Shown here: in pieces, positions 1 to 10,829 of the stretch
How the letters are laid out: each line of letters opens with the position of its first letter
Numbering within the stretch: the stretch's first letter is position 1
From: Octopus bimaculoides
Lineage: Eukaryota
Reading direction: 5' to 3'
DNA length: 56,667 nucleotides
NCBI RefSeq assembly: GCF_001194135.2
Contig: NC_068982.1
Coordinates: 12,755,396-12,812,062, forward strand
Made by a program: the position numbers and the translations under genes
Notes under the pieces: generated by a model
The model's database searches: none
What the model saw: only the letters and a program-made list of their open reading frames with translations
What the model was told of the DNA's origin: nothing

Positions 1-30
1 TTATTACAGTCTGTTAAAGACTGTCATACC

Positions 31-70
31 GGCCATGACGAAGGGAAATAGCCCTGAAACTCGAGTCGCC
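31..70 (+). ncRNA. Degenerate minimal type I hammerhead ribozyme-like motif (Penelope-type terminal repeat remnant)
   Basis: GGC-CATGACGA-AGGG(AAATAG)CCCT-GAAAC(TCGA)GTC-GCC. Stem I GGC/GCC, stem II AGGG/CCCT, GAAAC box, palindromic stem III ACTCGAGT and a GUC triplet are present. The core has one extra A relative to CUGANGA. Confidence 0.55.
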
Positions 71-334
71 TTTATATATATATATTTATATTTATATATT
101 TATATATTTGATCCTTTATATTGAACACTCAATATTTCATCTACATTCAATACTTTATTTCATGGTGCCATCCATTTTTATTTTATTTTATATTATATAT
201 TGTATATTATATTATATATTGTATATTCCATATTCTATACCCCACATTAGTTCTGCAGGAATATAAATAAAACATAAAAAACAGACAGTGTTGGAACTCT
301 TTTAAGCAAAATAATATATATATATATATACACA

Positions 335-1056
335 CACGGTAGGATGAGTAAATTGTCATCATTTTATATATTTAATTTTGTTCATTGGCATTATTTGTTT
401 TTAAGTTTGTTGACCACACAGTACAAAAGGGTCAGTTGAACACCATCTGGGAGAAAAATAGCACGATAATGCAATTCACTAAGCCAGGAATTTGGAAATT
501 ACATGTTATACTGCTTGGCATTTGCGCCAGAAACTCCAGTGCAAAAATTTCAGAGTGTTTGGGTATCAATCTGAGGACAATGCAGAGGATTTGGAAAGAG
601 TTGGATGAGTCTAATAGTAATTACAAGGGTACGACAGCTCAGAAAACTCACTCTGATTGTTCTGATGAAAAAAGAACTCCTAAACTTGTTTGTTTGATCC
701 AGACCATGATTGACAGCAACCCCTCCATGGGACATAGGAGTGGTTGAGTTTCTTATCCGGCAGGTAGTGCATGAAGGCATTTGATATTCCTCACACAAGA
801 TGAAAAAGGGCCAATTTTTATCCCAAGCCATCAAAGTCAAGAGGAAAGACCATACTACGAAGCTTTTCAACAAACTCAAGCATCAAGATTTTTCTCAGAC
901 AAGAAAAATTTCTGCCAGAACAGCTATTGCCTTGCCTTGTCCCCAAAACATGTACTGACAGTAATAAAAATCAAACATCCAGTCAATATCATGGTGTTTG
1001 GAGTGATCACTAATGGATGGCAATGTTATGCCTCCAATCATCTTCCCACACAGCCT
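335..1056 (+). mobile_element. Internally deleted, 3'-truncated Tc1/mariner (maT/DD37D family) transposon remnant
   Basis: TIR-like start CACGGTAGGATGAGTAAATTGTCATC after a TA/CA tract. Translated pieces (INLRTMQRIWKELDES, FFSDKKNFCQ, KHPVNIMVFGVI) match the copies at 47.4 kb and 55.3 kb. Confidence 0.85.
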
Positions 1057-1111
1057 CAACCCATGCCAGCATGGAAAGCGGACGTTAAACGATGTTGATG
1101 ATGATGATGAT
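1057..1111 (+). mobile_element. Tail-only copy of RTE-related non-autonomous retroposon
   Basis: CAACCCATGCCAGCATGGAAAGCGGACGTTAAACG(ATG)n, the same 3' end as the copies at 9.6, 44.4, 49.4 and 53.2 kb. Confidence 0.8.
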
Positions 1112-1836
1112 AAAGTTTAAGAGAGGCATAAAAACCAAGGTATCAAATCCTTTCATTTCTATAAGCAGGACATGAGAATAATGGCAACAGTCTGCATATG
1201 ATTTTGTTACAAACAAGCACTAAGTGAAAAAGGAAAGGGTGCCTGCATTGTTCCCATCATTAGATTAAGCCTGAAAGCTGAACACCTCTTCCTTTTTCAT
1301 GATCTCATAATTTTTTTGACAGAATTTTCAATCTAGAAAAAGAAAACATCGAAATAATTTAATATTTCAGTAAATCCATACTGATAAAAACACACTCAGC
1401 AGTTGATATTTACCTATATTTACTTATTTTTTTCCCCAAACAGTTGTTGTTTGTTTATATTTCATTCTATTTCCATAAAATACCTTTCATGTGTTTACCC
1501 TGCAAATTGAGAAAGAATATATGAAGTTTCAAACCACCACATGCAATTCTCTGGATACGACCGACAAAATAAGATCAGTGTATATGAAGAGCTGGAAAAA
1601 GTTTGAAACTATCATCAGCACTGATGCAAGTGGAGTGTAATCAATCTACTTGAGCAAACCCTGGAACCGATGGAGAACGGAAAAGAAAACCCGGACAAGG
1701 AATATATCCTGGTATGACAAAAAAACAACTCTTGAGATGTGATGCTCATTGATGCTATACCCAGAGCTGAACTAACCCAGAAATCTTGAAAAATACTATA
1801 TGATACAAAACTTAAAACCAAAATATTCATACATAT

Positions 1837-2164
1837 GGAGTGGCTGTGTGGTAAGTAGGTTGCTTACCAACCACATGGTTCTGGGTTCAGTCCCACTGCG
1901 TGGCACCTTGGGCAAGTGTCTTCGACTATTGCCTCGGGCTGACCAAAGCCTTGTGAGTGGATTTGGTAGACGGAAACTGAAAGAAGCCTGTCGTATATAT
2001 GTATATGCTGGTGTGTTTACGTCCCCATAACTTAGCAGTTCGGCAAAAGAGACCAATAGAATAAGTACTAGGCTTACAAAGAATTAGTCCTGGGGTCGAT
2101 TTGCTCGACTAAAGGCGGTGCTCCAGCATGTTCGCAGTCAAATGACTGAAACAAGTAAAAGAGT
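1837..2164 (+). mobile_element. SINE family A (tRNA-like head, CORE-like segment, AAAAGAGT tail), centrally deleted
   Basis: A-box-like TGGCTGTGTGG, B-box-like GGTTCAGTCCC, GGCACCTTGGGCAAGTG segment and the tail GAAACAAGTAAAAGAG. About 12 homologous copies occur in the window. Confidence 0.9.
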
Positions 2165-2475
2165 ACATACACATGCATATATAAATACATGCATGTATAG
2201 GCACACACACACACACTGATCTACACACATGTGCACAAACAAACAAAAAGGAACGCAGTGTGAATAATGGATAGAGTCAACAACTATATAAAACGTTGCA
2301 AGACGCAATGAAACTTTTAGAAAAATAAAAAAGAAATAAGTGGAAATTGGTGAGTGTGTTAAATTATAAGGCACCAAAAGAGAATGACTCTCCGAAGAAA
2401 CAACAGAATTTCTAATTAGTTATATAATAATGAACCAAGGCCTCTTAATTTGCTTTTGATATAATCCCTTATCAA

Positions 2476-2690
2476 GGTGTCAAAGTGGTGGAATTGTCAG
2501 CAGACCTGGTAAAATATTTAGCAGTATTTTGTCCATCTTTATATTCTGGGTTCAAATCCCATCAAGGCTGGCTTTGCCTTTTATCCTTTTGGGGCTGATA
2601 AATTATGTACCAGTTAAGTACTGAGGTCAATGGGATCAACTCATCTCCTCCATCAAAATTACTGGCCTTGTGCCAAAATTTGAAATCAAT
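2476..2690 (+). mobile_element. Nin/Deu-domain-like SINE, degenerate
   Basis: GGGTTCAAATCCC B-box followed by TTTGCCTTTTATCCTTTTGGGGCTGATAAATTATGTACCAG, resembling the Nin/Deu core. Homologs at 4.4, 25.6, 28.5, 44.9 and 51.5 kb. The domain name is from recall. Confidence 0.7.
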
Positions 2691-2739
2691 ATAAACCCAT
2701 ACACTCAATATTTCAAGAATGTCTTCACACATACACCAG

Positions 2740-2773
<34 letters not shown>

Positions 2774-2957
2774 AAAACGAAATTAGTAATGACATCAACA
2801 AGTCAGTATTTTTTTATGTCATTTCAATAGCTTTGCAAGCTATATTTCAATTTTAAGGTGGTGTCCATAAACTCAATGTTTATACACCTGTATACACCTG
2901 TATAATGTTTATTTTATCACAGCTGATAATTGCAAAATAAATTATAGAAAAAAACAA

Positions 2958-3015
<58 letters not shown>

Positions 3016-3042
3016 CCATCACCATCACCATCATCATCATCA

Positions 3043-3264
3043 TTTAACTCTCTTTACTCTTTTACTCTTTTACTTGTTTCAGTCATTTGACTGTGGCCAT
3101 GCTGGAGCACCGCCTTTAGTCGAGCAAATCGACCCCAGGACTTATTGTTTGTAAGCCTAGTACTTATTCTATCGGTCTTTTTTGCCGAACCGCTAAGTTA
3201 CAGGGACGTAAACACACCAGCATCGATGTCAAGCGATGTTGAGAGGACAAGCACAGACACACAA

Positions 3265-3270
<6 letters not shown>
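3043..3270 (-). mobile_element. SINE family A, 3' half, next to an (ATC)n tract
   Basis: Reverse complement of the family A tail and body. The 5' half is missing beyond the (CA)n(TA)n tract. Confidence 0.85.
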
Positions 3271-3347
<77 letters not shown>

Positions 3348-3357
3348 TACATATATA

Positions 3358-3470
3358 CAAGGTGTCCACAAAGTCTCGGTACATGTTTTAAGAAATTTTT
3401 ATTTCTTATATTTAATTGTTTATGTTATGATTTTATTTACTCCATGTACCCAGACCTTGCGGACACCCTG
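3358..3470. mobile_element. 113-bp Tc1/mariner-type MITE
   Basis: 28-bp TIRs CAAGGTGTCCACAAAGTCTCGGTACATG and the reverse complement CAGGGTGTCCGCAAGGTCTGGGTACATG (24/28 match), with TA on both sides. Confidence 0.85.
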
Positions 3471-3785
3471 TATAAATACACACACACACACATATGTATA
3501 TCAGATATATGTGGACACATGGATAGTTGTTTGTATTTTTGCATGTTTTTATCTGCAAATAAACTTAGGCTGTGTATCTCTAATTCACCTAACATTAATG
3601 CTGTAGAAATTTGTTATCTGAGCCAGAAAAAAGATCGTTCTCAGTAATTTAACACTTCTCTAACAATTTCAATTAAATCAGTGAAATACTGCACAATATG
3701 AGCAGAGTTAAGAAGTTGTCCAAAACTAAACATACTCACATAAACACAGGTGATAATTTTTTTAATGCAATTTCTACATCTTTAA

Positions 3786-3836
3786 CCCTTTCGTTACCAA
3801 ACCAGCTGAAACTGGCCCTGGCTCTGAGTACAAATG
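3786..3836 (-). mobile_element. Terminal fragment of the piggyBac-like MITE family
   Basis: TTAA|CCCTTTCGTTACC...GGCTCTGAGTACAAATG matches the reverse complement of the right end of 4623-4843. Confidence 0.6.
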
Positions 3837-4390
3837 TTAACAGGTATTCAACTATACTCCATGTAAAACAATACCTCATACAACAGTTTGGAAATGAAAT
3901 AACTTACCATACTGGGCTAGAATCCTTCTACATTCTAAAAGGTAATTGATGAATATTAACTGTAGTCTTATGAGTGATTCCCCATGGAACGTATGTAAAT
4001 TCTTGCTGCACTGAGTTTATGAACATGTTCAGTTCCTGAGTTGTATCTATTTCTCCCTCAATTAAGCTTAAATTTCTCAAGTCTATAGGAAGAACATAAG
4101 CATGAGATCTATTTTCTCTTGCTTAGAAATTGAAGCTTCATGGTAACACGACATTTCGAATGCATGCTCTCGTAAGTCAATGTGTGACATAATAGCAATG
4201 TGTATTTAGTTACATGCTAATGAAAGAGAAAATTCTATAAGGTGTATTCTCATGTTTTATTCTTTTTTAATATATTTTTCTTAACTCAAAAATTGCTGAA
4301 ATTCTAGAATTATAATTTTTTTTAGTTTTGCTAAAAATAAAATTCTCAAGATTGAGATAATGAAAGTAATCAAACCTCTCAACTCATTAA

Positions 4391-4606
4391 TGGCTTCAAA
4401 TTTTGAAACAAGGCCAGCAATTTTGGGAGAGGGAGCAAGTTCATTGTATCACCCCCAGTGCTCAACTGATAATTATTCTATTGACTCCAAAACAATGAAC
4501 AGCAAAACTGACCTCAGTGGAATTTGAACCCTGAACATAAAGATAGACAAAATGCCACTAACCATCTTGCCCGTCATGCTAATGATTCTACCAACTCCCG
4601 GCCTTA
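4391..4606 (-). mobile_element. Nin/Deu-domain-like SINE
   Basis: Reverse-strand homolog of 2476-2690. Confidence 0.7.
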
Positions 4607-4622
4607 CTTTTTAATTCCTTAA

Positions 4623-4843
4623 CCCTTTTGTTACTGTATTTATTTTGAGATGTTCTGTGTTTCTTTCAATTAATTTTAAATATAACAAACAATTTAGTAA
4701 AATAACTTAGTTATCACTAAGCTAGTGTTAGGAGCATAAATTGTGACTAAGGTTTGGTGGAAGATTTTAATTCAGAACTTATGAAGACAAGACATTTGTA
4801 CTACAGAGCCAGAGGTGGTTTCAGGCAAGTGGTAATGAAAGGG
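4623..4843. mobile_element. 221-bp piggyBac-like MITE
   Basis: TTAA|CCCTTTTGTTAC ... GTAATGAAAGGG|TTAA. The TIRs match at 10/12 positions, and a TTAA TSD with CCC/GGG ends is the piggyBac signature. Confidence 0.8.
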
Positions 4844-5815
4844 TTAATGAAGATTGTTCAACCCTCATATATCTGATAATGATTCCCAACTTCTTTTTTA
4901 TCCCCAAAATTCTGTTAGTCTATAAAACAATAATAAACTGAGCTAAATAGCCTTAAGTTACAATAATACTCTTATTTTTTAAAAAATATGCATGTCTATA
5001 TTTAATACATAGTTTCTGGTTAAATAAGATGCAACATGTTGTTGTAAAGATACAGGAGTGCTTTGCAAACAACAAGGGGAAAATTAAAAAGAACATGGAG
5101 AAACAAATTACATATTGACTTTATTATTTTGCTTTACTGCTGTTTCAAATATTGCTTCTGATTTAAAATGAGAAAACTACACAAAAAAACAAAAAACAAA
5201 CAATGAAAACGAAAAAAGAAGTTTAATACTATACAATGAAATGCTAGACTCTTTCATTGATCTGCAAGAAGAGTGCATGAAGTGCATTGCACCTGAAATA
5301 AATACCAATAATGTTTACGTGCATTCAATAAAAATAGAAAACATCAAAGAATGTTTTCCTTTATTCATTTAAAGAAAGATATTTTAATTAATGATTTATT
5401 ATAAAATGGTTTTCAAATTGTGTTGACTTGTTCTCTCTTTTGGAGTTTCAATAACATTGTTGTTACGGTCAATGTTTCACATTTAGTCAGTTTTCTTTCC
5501 AATAAGAATCTTAAAAATACCACAATTGGAAATTTGACAATGATATTATTGCTAACTTGAGAAACGTTTGAAACATTTTGTTATTTTCTTTTCTGATACA
5601 GTTTTTACTTCTATTTTCCAGCAAATTTTTGAGACTTTTAGCTTTGATTTTATTCCTTAAGTTAAAATTTGAATTTGTATTTTCATCTTCCATTTAAATA
5701 CACAAATATCTACAGAATCAAACATGTGCATATTATATATGTATACATATAAACAGAGGCACATTTTTCCAAATGTTTATATATATGTATGTATGTATGT
5801 ATGTGCATATAATAT

Positions 5816-5868
<53 letters not shown>

Positions 5869-5921
5869 TGTATATATGTATGTATGTGTGTATATACATA
5901 TGTATATATATGTGTGTGTAT

Positions 5922-6510
5922 NNNNNNNNNNNNNNNNNNNNNNNNNNNNNNNNNNNNNNNNNNNNNNNNNNNNNNNNNNNNNNNNNNNNNNNNNNNNNNN
6001 NNNNNNNNNNNNNNNNNNNNNNNNNNNNNNNNNNNNNNNNNNNNNNNNNNNNNNNNNNNNNNNNNNNNNNNNNNNNNNNNNNNNNNNNNNNNNNNNNNNN
6101 NNNNNNNNNNNNNNNNNNNNNNNNNNNNNNNNNNNNNNNNNNNNNNNNNNNNNNNNNNNNNNNNNNNNNNNNNNNNNNNNNNNNNNNNNNNNNNNNNNNN
6201 NNNNNNNNNNNNNNNNNNNNNNNNNNNNNNNNNNNNNNNNNNNNNNNNNNNNNNNNNNNNNNNNNNNNNNNNNNNNNNNNNNNNNNNNNNNNNNNNNNNN
6301 NNNNNNNNNNNNNNNNNNNNNNNNNNNNNNNNNNNNNNNNNNNNNNNNNNNNNNNNNNNNNNNNNNNNNNNNNNNNNNNNNNNNNNNNNNNNNNNNNNNN
6401 NNNNNNNNNNNNNNNNNNNNNNNNNNNNNNNNNNNNNNNNNNNNNNNNNNNNNNNNNNNNNNNNNNNNNNNNNNNNNNNNNNNNNNNNNNNNNNNNNNNN
6501 NNNNNNNNNN
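5922..6510. other. Assembly gap (others: 10015-10024, 33316-33325, 34692-34854, 38920-39304, 41287-41743, 42217-42262, 48557-48893, 51823-52067)
   Basis: Runs of N, most of them bordered by (TA)n microsatellites. Confidence 1.
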
Positions 6511-6549
<39 letters not shown>

Positions 6550-7338
6550 CATACACATATACATATATATATGCATGCACAATTATACATATATATATAT
6601 ATATATATACATATATATGAGTGTATGCATGTGTATATGTATGGGTACACACCTTAAAGAAAATCATTCTTTTAGTTAAAATCAAATCCTTAATCATTCT
6701 AATTTAAAAGATAAAAATACACTTTATGCTTATGTTTATTCATAATCCAAATTGAATAAATAAATTGCTTCTGGGATGATTACCTGATTTTTCTTTTTTA
6801 ATCTAGTTAATCATTCTGTCAGCATGCTTTTCAATAATACCAACTCAAATTCCTATTATTCTTTTAGAATAGCTACAAATAAAGATACATTGCTTCTAAA
6901 ATACTCTTGAATTTAGCTTTTAATTAATAATCTGTCTTACATTTTCAGTAAGGTTCAAGGTCGAAGATTGTTCAGCCCCCTAAAATGAATAAATAAATAA
7001 TGAAAAAATAAATAAAAGCAAAAACATGCAATTTCATAATTTTGAACCAAAACATTTGGCTACTTTGGCAGAAAGTGTAGAAGCATTGTTATGTTGGTAT
7101 ATTGCCAGTCAGAGATGAGTCACTGGTTCTATAAAGGGAAATGAGATGCTATTGCAAAATTTCTATCCTGTAATATCGTGCAAAACTACATTACTCAGAA
7201 TGTCAATAGTGTAATTGCTGATACTACTCCCCTTTACTATGCCACCACCTTCAAAGCTACATATCAATTGAAACTACCTATGAATTTCTTCTTTGATCTT
7301 CTCTGGAATTTATGCTGAAAATTGATTTAATCTCCCAG

Positions 7339-7567
7339 GCTTCAATCAAGCAATGAAACTATGGCTGAGAATCCTAAATTGAGCCTACAGAGTTTTGCTT
7401 GTGCTGTGAGGGTGGATGAAGATGTAGACCCCAATGGCCAAAATATCTGTGTGAAGAAAAGCCACCCACCACATATTAGTTCTAAAAGATATAATAATGG
7501 AACACTACTACTGCCAAAACCCTCTATAATTAACAGGATGTGTGATATATCCATCCCTATGCAAAAT
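7339..7567 (+). other. Open 229-bp AG..GT-bounded segment (LQSSNETMAENPKLSLQSFACAVRVDEDVDPNGQNICVKK...PMQN); exon candidate or old repeat
   Basis: Acceptor tttaatctcccag|G, donor AAT|gtaagt, 76 open codons. A diverged homolog at 16775-16938 means a repeat origin is at least as likely. Confidence 0.25.
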
Positions 7568-8129
7568 GTAAGTTAACAGAAGATCTGTGTGGAGGTGAAT
7601 TTTCCATTACCATAACAAACAACATTGTCGGAAGAAATTGTAGTTCTTTTGTTTCTAAAGTTTCAAATAAATGTTTTCTGCAAGTAATGTGTGTGTTTTT
7701 TTAATTTCTTTTGTGTTTTTTTAACTAGGAATTTTCAGCAGGATTATGAAATTTTTCAGATACATTCTAAGGTTGAACATTACTTCCATTATTTGTGATG
7801 AAGTGATTTGCTGCTTTCTGTAAGCAAAAGGTAGATGTGAAATTTTCCTGTTTCTTTAATTCAGCAACATCTCATGCCAGACCTTAGTTTTTCTGGCAGC
7901 TAGTTTGCCTCTTCAAAACCCCAACATGGTAATTCATGGAATGTTGTACTTTTCTAAAGTGAGATAATCCATAACTGTTCAGAAGATAACACATATTTAC
8001 TTCTTTAATGCAAGATATATCTCCTAAAAGAGACAGTGGTTTGCTTTTTACGTTATAAAAGACAGCAATAAAGACGATAATTACAGACCTTAACAAAACT
8101 CAAAGGGAATAGCATTTAAGTGAAAAATG

Positions 8130-8651
8130 GGATCTTTTTTAAAACGGGGGCCACACTTTTCATTAACGAAACACTTTGAAACTTGGAACACTGGTAGAAT
8201 GTGTCATATAAAACATCTTTTTCTCTTAGTCTTCTTAAAAAGAAAAGAAATCCATAAGTTATTCCATGTTAAAGTTGTCGTATTTCTGTAATTTCAACCA
8301 ATCACTGACGTCCATTCAGCCGATATACATTAAGTGCCGACTACATAAACAAACGATTCTGAAACAATTTAAAATGAAAAAAGCAAATAAAACGAAGGTA
8401 TAGAGATTAAATACACTTTACATCGCTTAATCAGCCAAAGGAGTAAATATAAACAACTGAATACTTGTCAGTGATTGGTTGAAATTATCGAAATAAGACA
8501 ATTTTTTACATGAAATAAATTTGAATACAAAAATATTTTTCTGTTCTATAACACAAAATGGATAAGTATACGAAGTTTGAAAGTCTTTCCGTACCAAAAA
8601 CACTACGTAAAACATTAATGAAAAATGTGGCCCCCGTTTTAAAATAGATCC
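8130..8651. mobile_element. 522-bp Merlin-like MITE, copy 1
   Basis: TIRs GGATCTTTTTTAAAACGGGGGCCACA and TGTGGCCCCCGTTTTAAAATAGATCC, with 8-bp TSD GAAAAATG (8122-8129, 8652-8659). Terminal GG plus an 8-bp TSD fits Merlin/IS1016; the superfamily call is an inference. Confidence 0.85.
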
Positions 8652-9176
8652 GAAAAATGATATTAAAGAATAAACAGAAACATGTTTTTACAAGTGAAAA
8701 AACCAATTGTTGTCATCAGGTATCATACATCTCCAGCACACTGATGACACTATAAGGTAGGTCTTTCCAATTAAAAATAAACCTCTCTACCTAGAAGGTA
8801 AATGGACCAAGAAAGCGAGATAGACCAAGGAAAATGTGGAGGGGGACAGGTGGAGGAGGAGATTGGGAGAGTTGGCCTGAGAAGGGATGACGCCCAAACT
8901 AGGGAAAGATGGGGAAATGGTGTGAGGGTAGTTGCTATGGCATTGAGGTAGATCTGGTCACCCCTGTTAATGGGGACAAAACCCGGATTTAAAACACTAG
9001 ATGTTGATGACACAGCAGCAAGGGGCAGGAGATGCATTATGTGTGATGAATGGATAATAGAGGAGTCAGGAATGCCTGAGTAAAAATGGTAAATGATCAG
9101 CAAGTTTGAAAGAGTAGAGTCTGACACAGTAGCAGCAGAAGAGGTAGAATAAGAAGACAGCACATCTTTAGGTTGT

Positions 9177-9478
9177 GGCAGCACATGATCTAGTGGTTAG
9201 AGTAGTGGACGCTCAGTCAATGGATCACAGGTTCGACTCTCAGACCAGGTAATGTGTGTATTTATGAGCAAAACCTAAGCTCCACAAGGCTCTGGCAAAA
9301 GTTAATGGCAGACTTCTGCTGACTCTTTTACCACAACTTTCTCTCACTCTTTCTTCCTGCAGCTCATCTGTGATGGACCGGCGACCCATCCAGGTGGTGA
9401 ACCTATACGCCAATGAAGCTGGGAAACCGACCCTTATGAGCCAGGTATGGCTTGAGAAGGAACAACCAACAACCACAC
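9177..9478 (+). mobile_element. tRNA-head SINE with V-domain-like segment
   Basis: TAGTGG...GGTTCGACTC head, then CTGTGATGGACCGGCGACCCATCCAGG (9368-9394). Homolog at 11935-12250. Confidence 0.75.
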
Positions 9479-9594
9479 ATATTTAGGTTAGAGACTGGAG
9501 TATGTTGGTGATCAGCTTCTTGTCAATTAGTTGAGGGTGGTGTTTATTTATGCAGTTTACACTAAACTTTGCTTGCGAAGACCTGTTGGGGCAA

Positions 9595-10133
9595 GTGAAA
9601 TTGAAATTGTAATTGAACCATATTCGATGACCAGCACCTGTGCCAGTGGAGCTCCAACAACACTGTCCGAGCATGATCATTGCCAGAGTAGCTGTCTGGC
9701 TTCCATACTAGTGGCACATACATAGCACCATTTGAGCGTGATCGTTACCAGCGTCGCCTTACTGGCACAAGTGCCAGTAACGCGTTAGAAAATCATTCGA
9801 GCGAGGTTGTTGCCAGTGCCGCTGGACTGGCTCCTGTGCAGATGGCATGTAAAAAGCACCATTATGAGCGTGGCCGTTGCCAGTACCGCATGACTGGCCC
9901 TTGTGCCGGTGGCGCATAAAAGCACCCACTACACTCTCGGAGTGGTTGGCATTAGGAAGGGCATCCAGCTGTAGAAACTCTGCCAAATCAGATTGGAGCC
10001 TGGTGCAGCCATCCNNNNNNNNNNGAAACTCTGCCAAATCAGATTGGAGCCTGGTGCAGCCATCCGGTTCACCAGTCCTCAGTCAAATTGTCCAACCCAT
10101 GCTAGCATGGAAAGTGGACGTTAAACGATGATT
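9595..10133 (+). mobile_element. RTE-related non-autonomous retroposon with internal ~65-bp stem-loop units
   Basis: TTGGCATTAGGAAGGGCATCCAGCTGTAGAAAC motif, CCATGCTAGCATGG palindrome and ACGTTAAACG(ATG)n tail. Further copies at 44.4, 49.4 and 53.2 kb. Confidence 0.8.
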
Positions 10134-10829
10134 TACGATATCTGTATATATGAATAGCATCAGTACCATCCCAAGTAAGACCGTTAAAGAGTATGGCTTA
10201 ACTAGTTCCACCTTGTTTACTTGATCTTTATATTTATCTTCTCCTGGATTTTCTCCTCCAACCATTCTTTATTTCAGGCAGAACTTTTGCATTACAGTTG
10301 TTTGTTAATGACAATATGGAGTTTATTAAGGCAATTAATGTTTGCCATGTTTCTGATCCATAGAGAAATACTGATTTTAGTGTAGTATTGATAATTCATT
10401 ACTTGATGCTTGGGGCAATTTATTTTGAATTCCATCATCTTGACATCAGAATGAGAAAGGTGAGGCTTGCATTTCCTGTTGCTGACTGACTGCATGCACG
10501 TGCACACACACACACACACACACCCATTTATATAAATATATATAATCATCATCATCATTATTTAATGTCTACCTTCCATGCTGGCATGGGTACATATATA
10601 AATATATATGTATAAATATATATAAAATTATATGAATATATATACACATATGCATACGTATATACATATGTGCTTGTGTGTGTGTGTGTGTGTGTGCATG
10701 TGTGTAGGTTTATGTTTATGCACACATGAATGCATGAAAGTACACATGTAGATATGTAGATACGTACATATGCACATATGCACACACATACATACACACA
10801 AACATACATACATGCATACATACATACAT

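Noticed and set aside
5511-5693. K/N-rich minus-strand ORFs here and at 13578-13766
   Set aside because: About 60 aa, surrounded by stops in all frames, with weak splice signals and no recognisable motif; expected by chance in strand-biased AT-rich DNA.
5710-6697. Long ORFs of 250-300 aa in the track (also at 38.8-41.9, 48.5 and 51.6 kb)
   Set aside because: They run through N gaps and (TA)n/(CA)n tracts that lack stop codons; not coding.
9660-9930. CRISPR-like reading of the 65-bp periodic hairpin array
   Set aside because: Eukaryotic context, degenerate units, identical 'spacers' in dispersed copies, and no cas genes; it is a retroposon body.
9974-10065. Exact 41-bp direct repeat on either side of a 10-N gap
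   Set aside because: Overlapping contig ends left unmerged; other copies of the element have it once. Assembly artefact.
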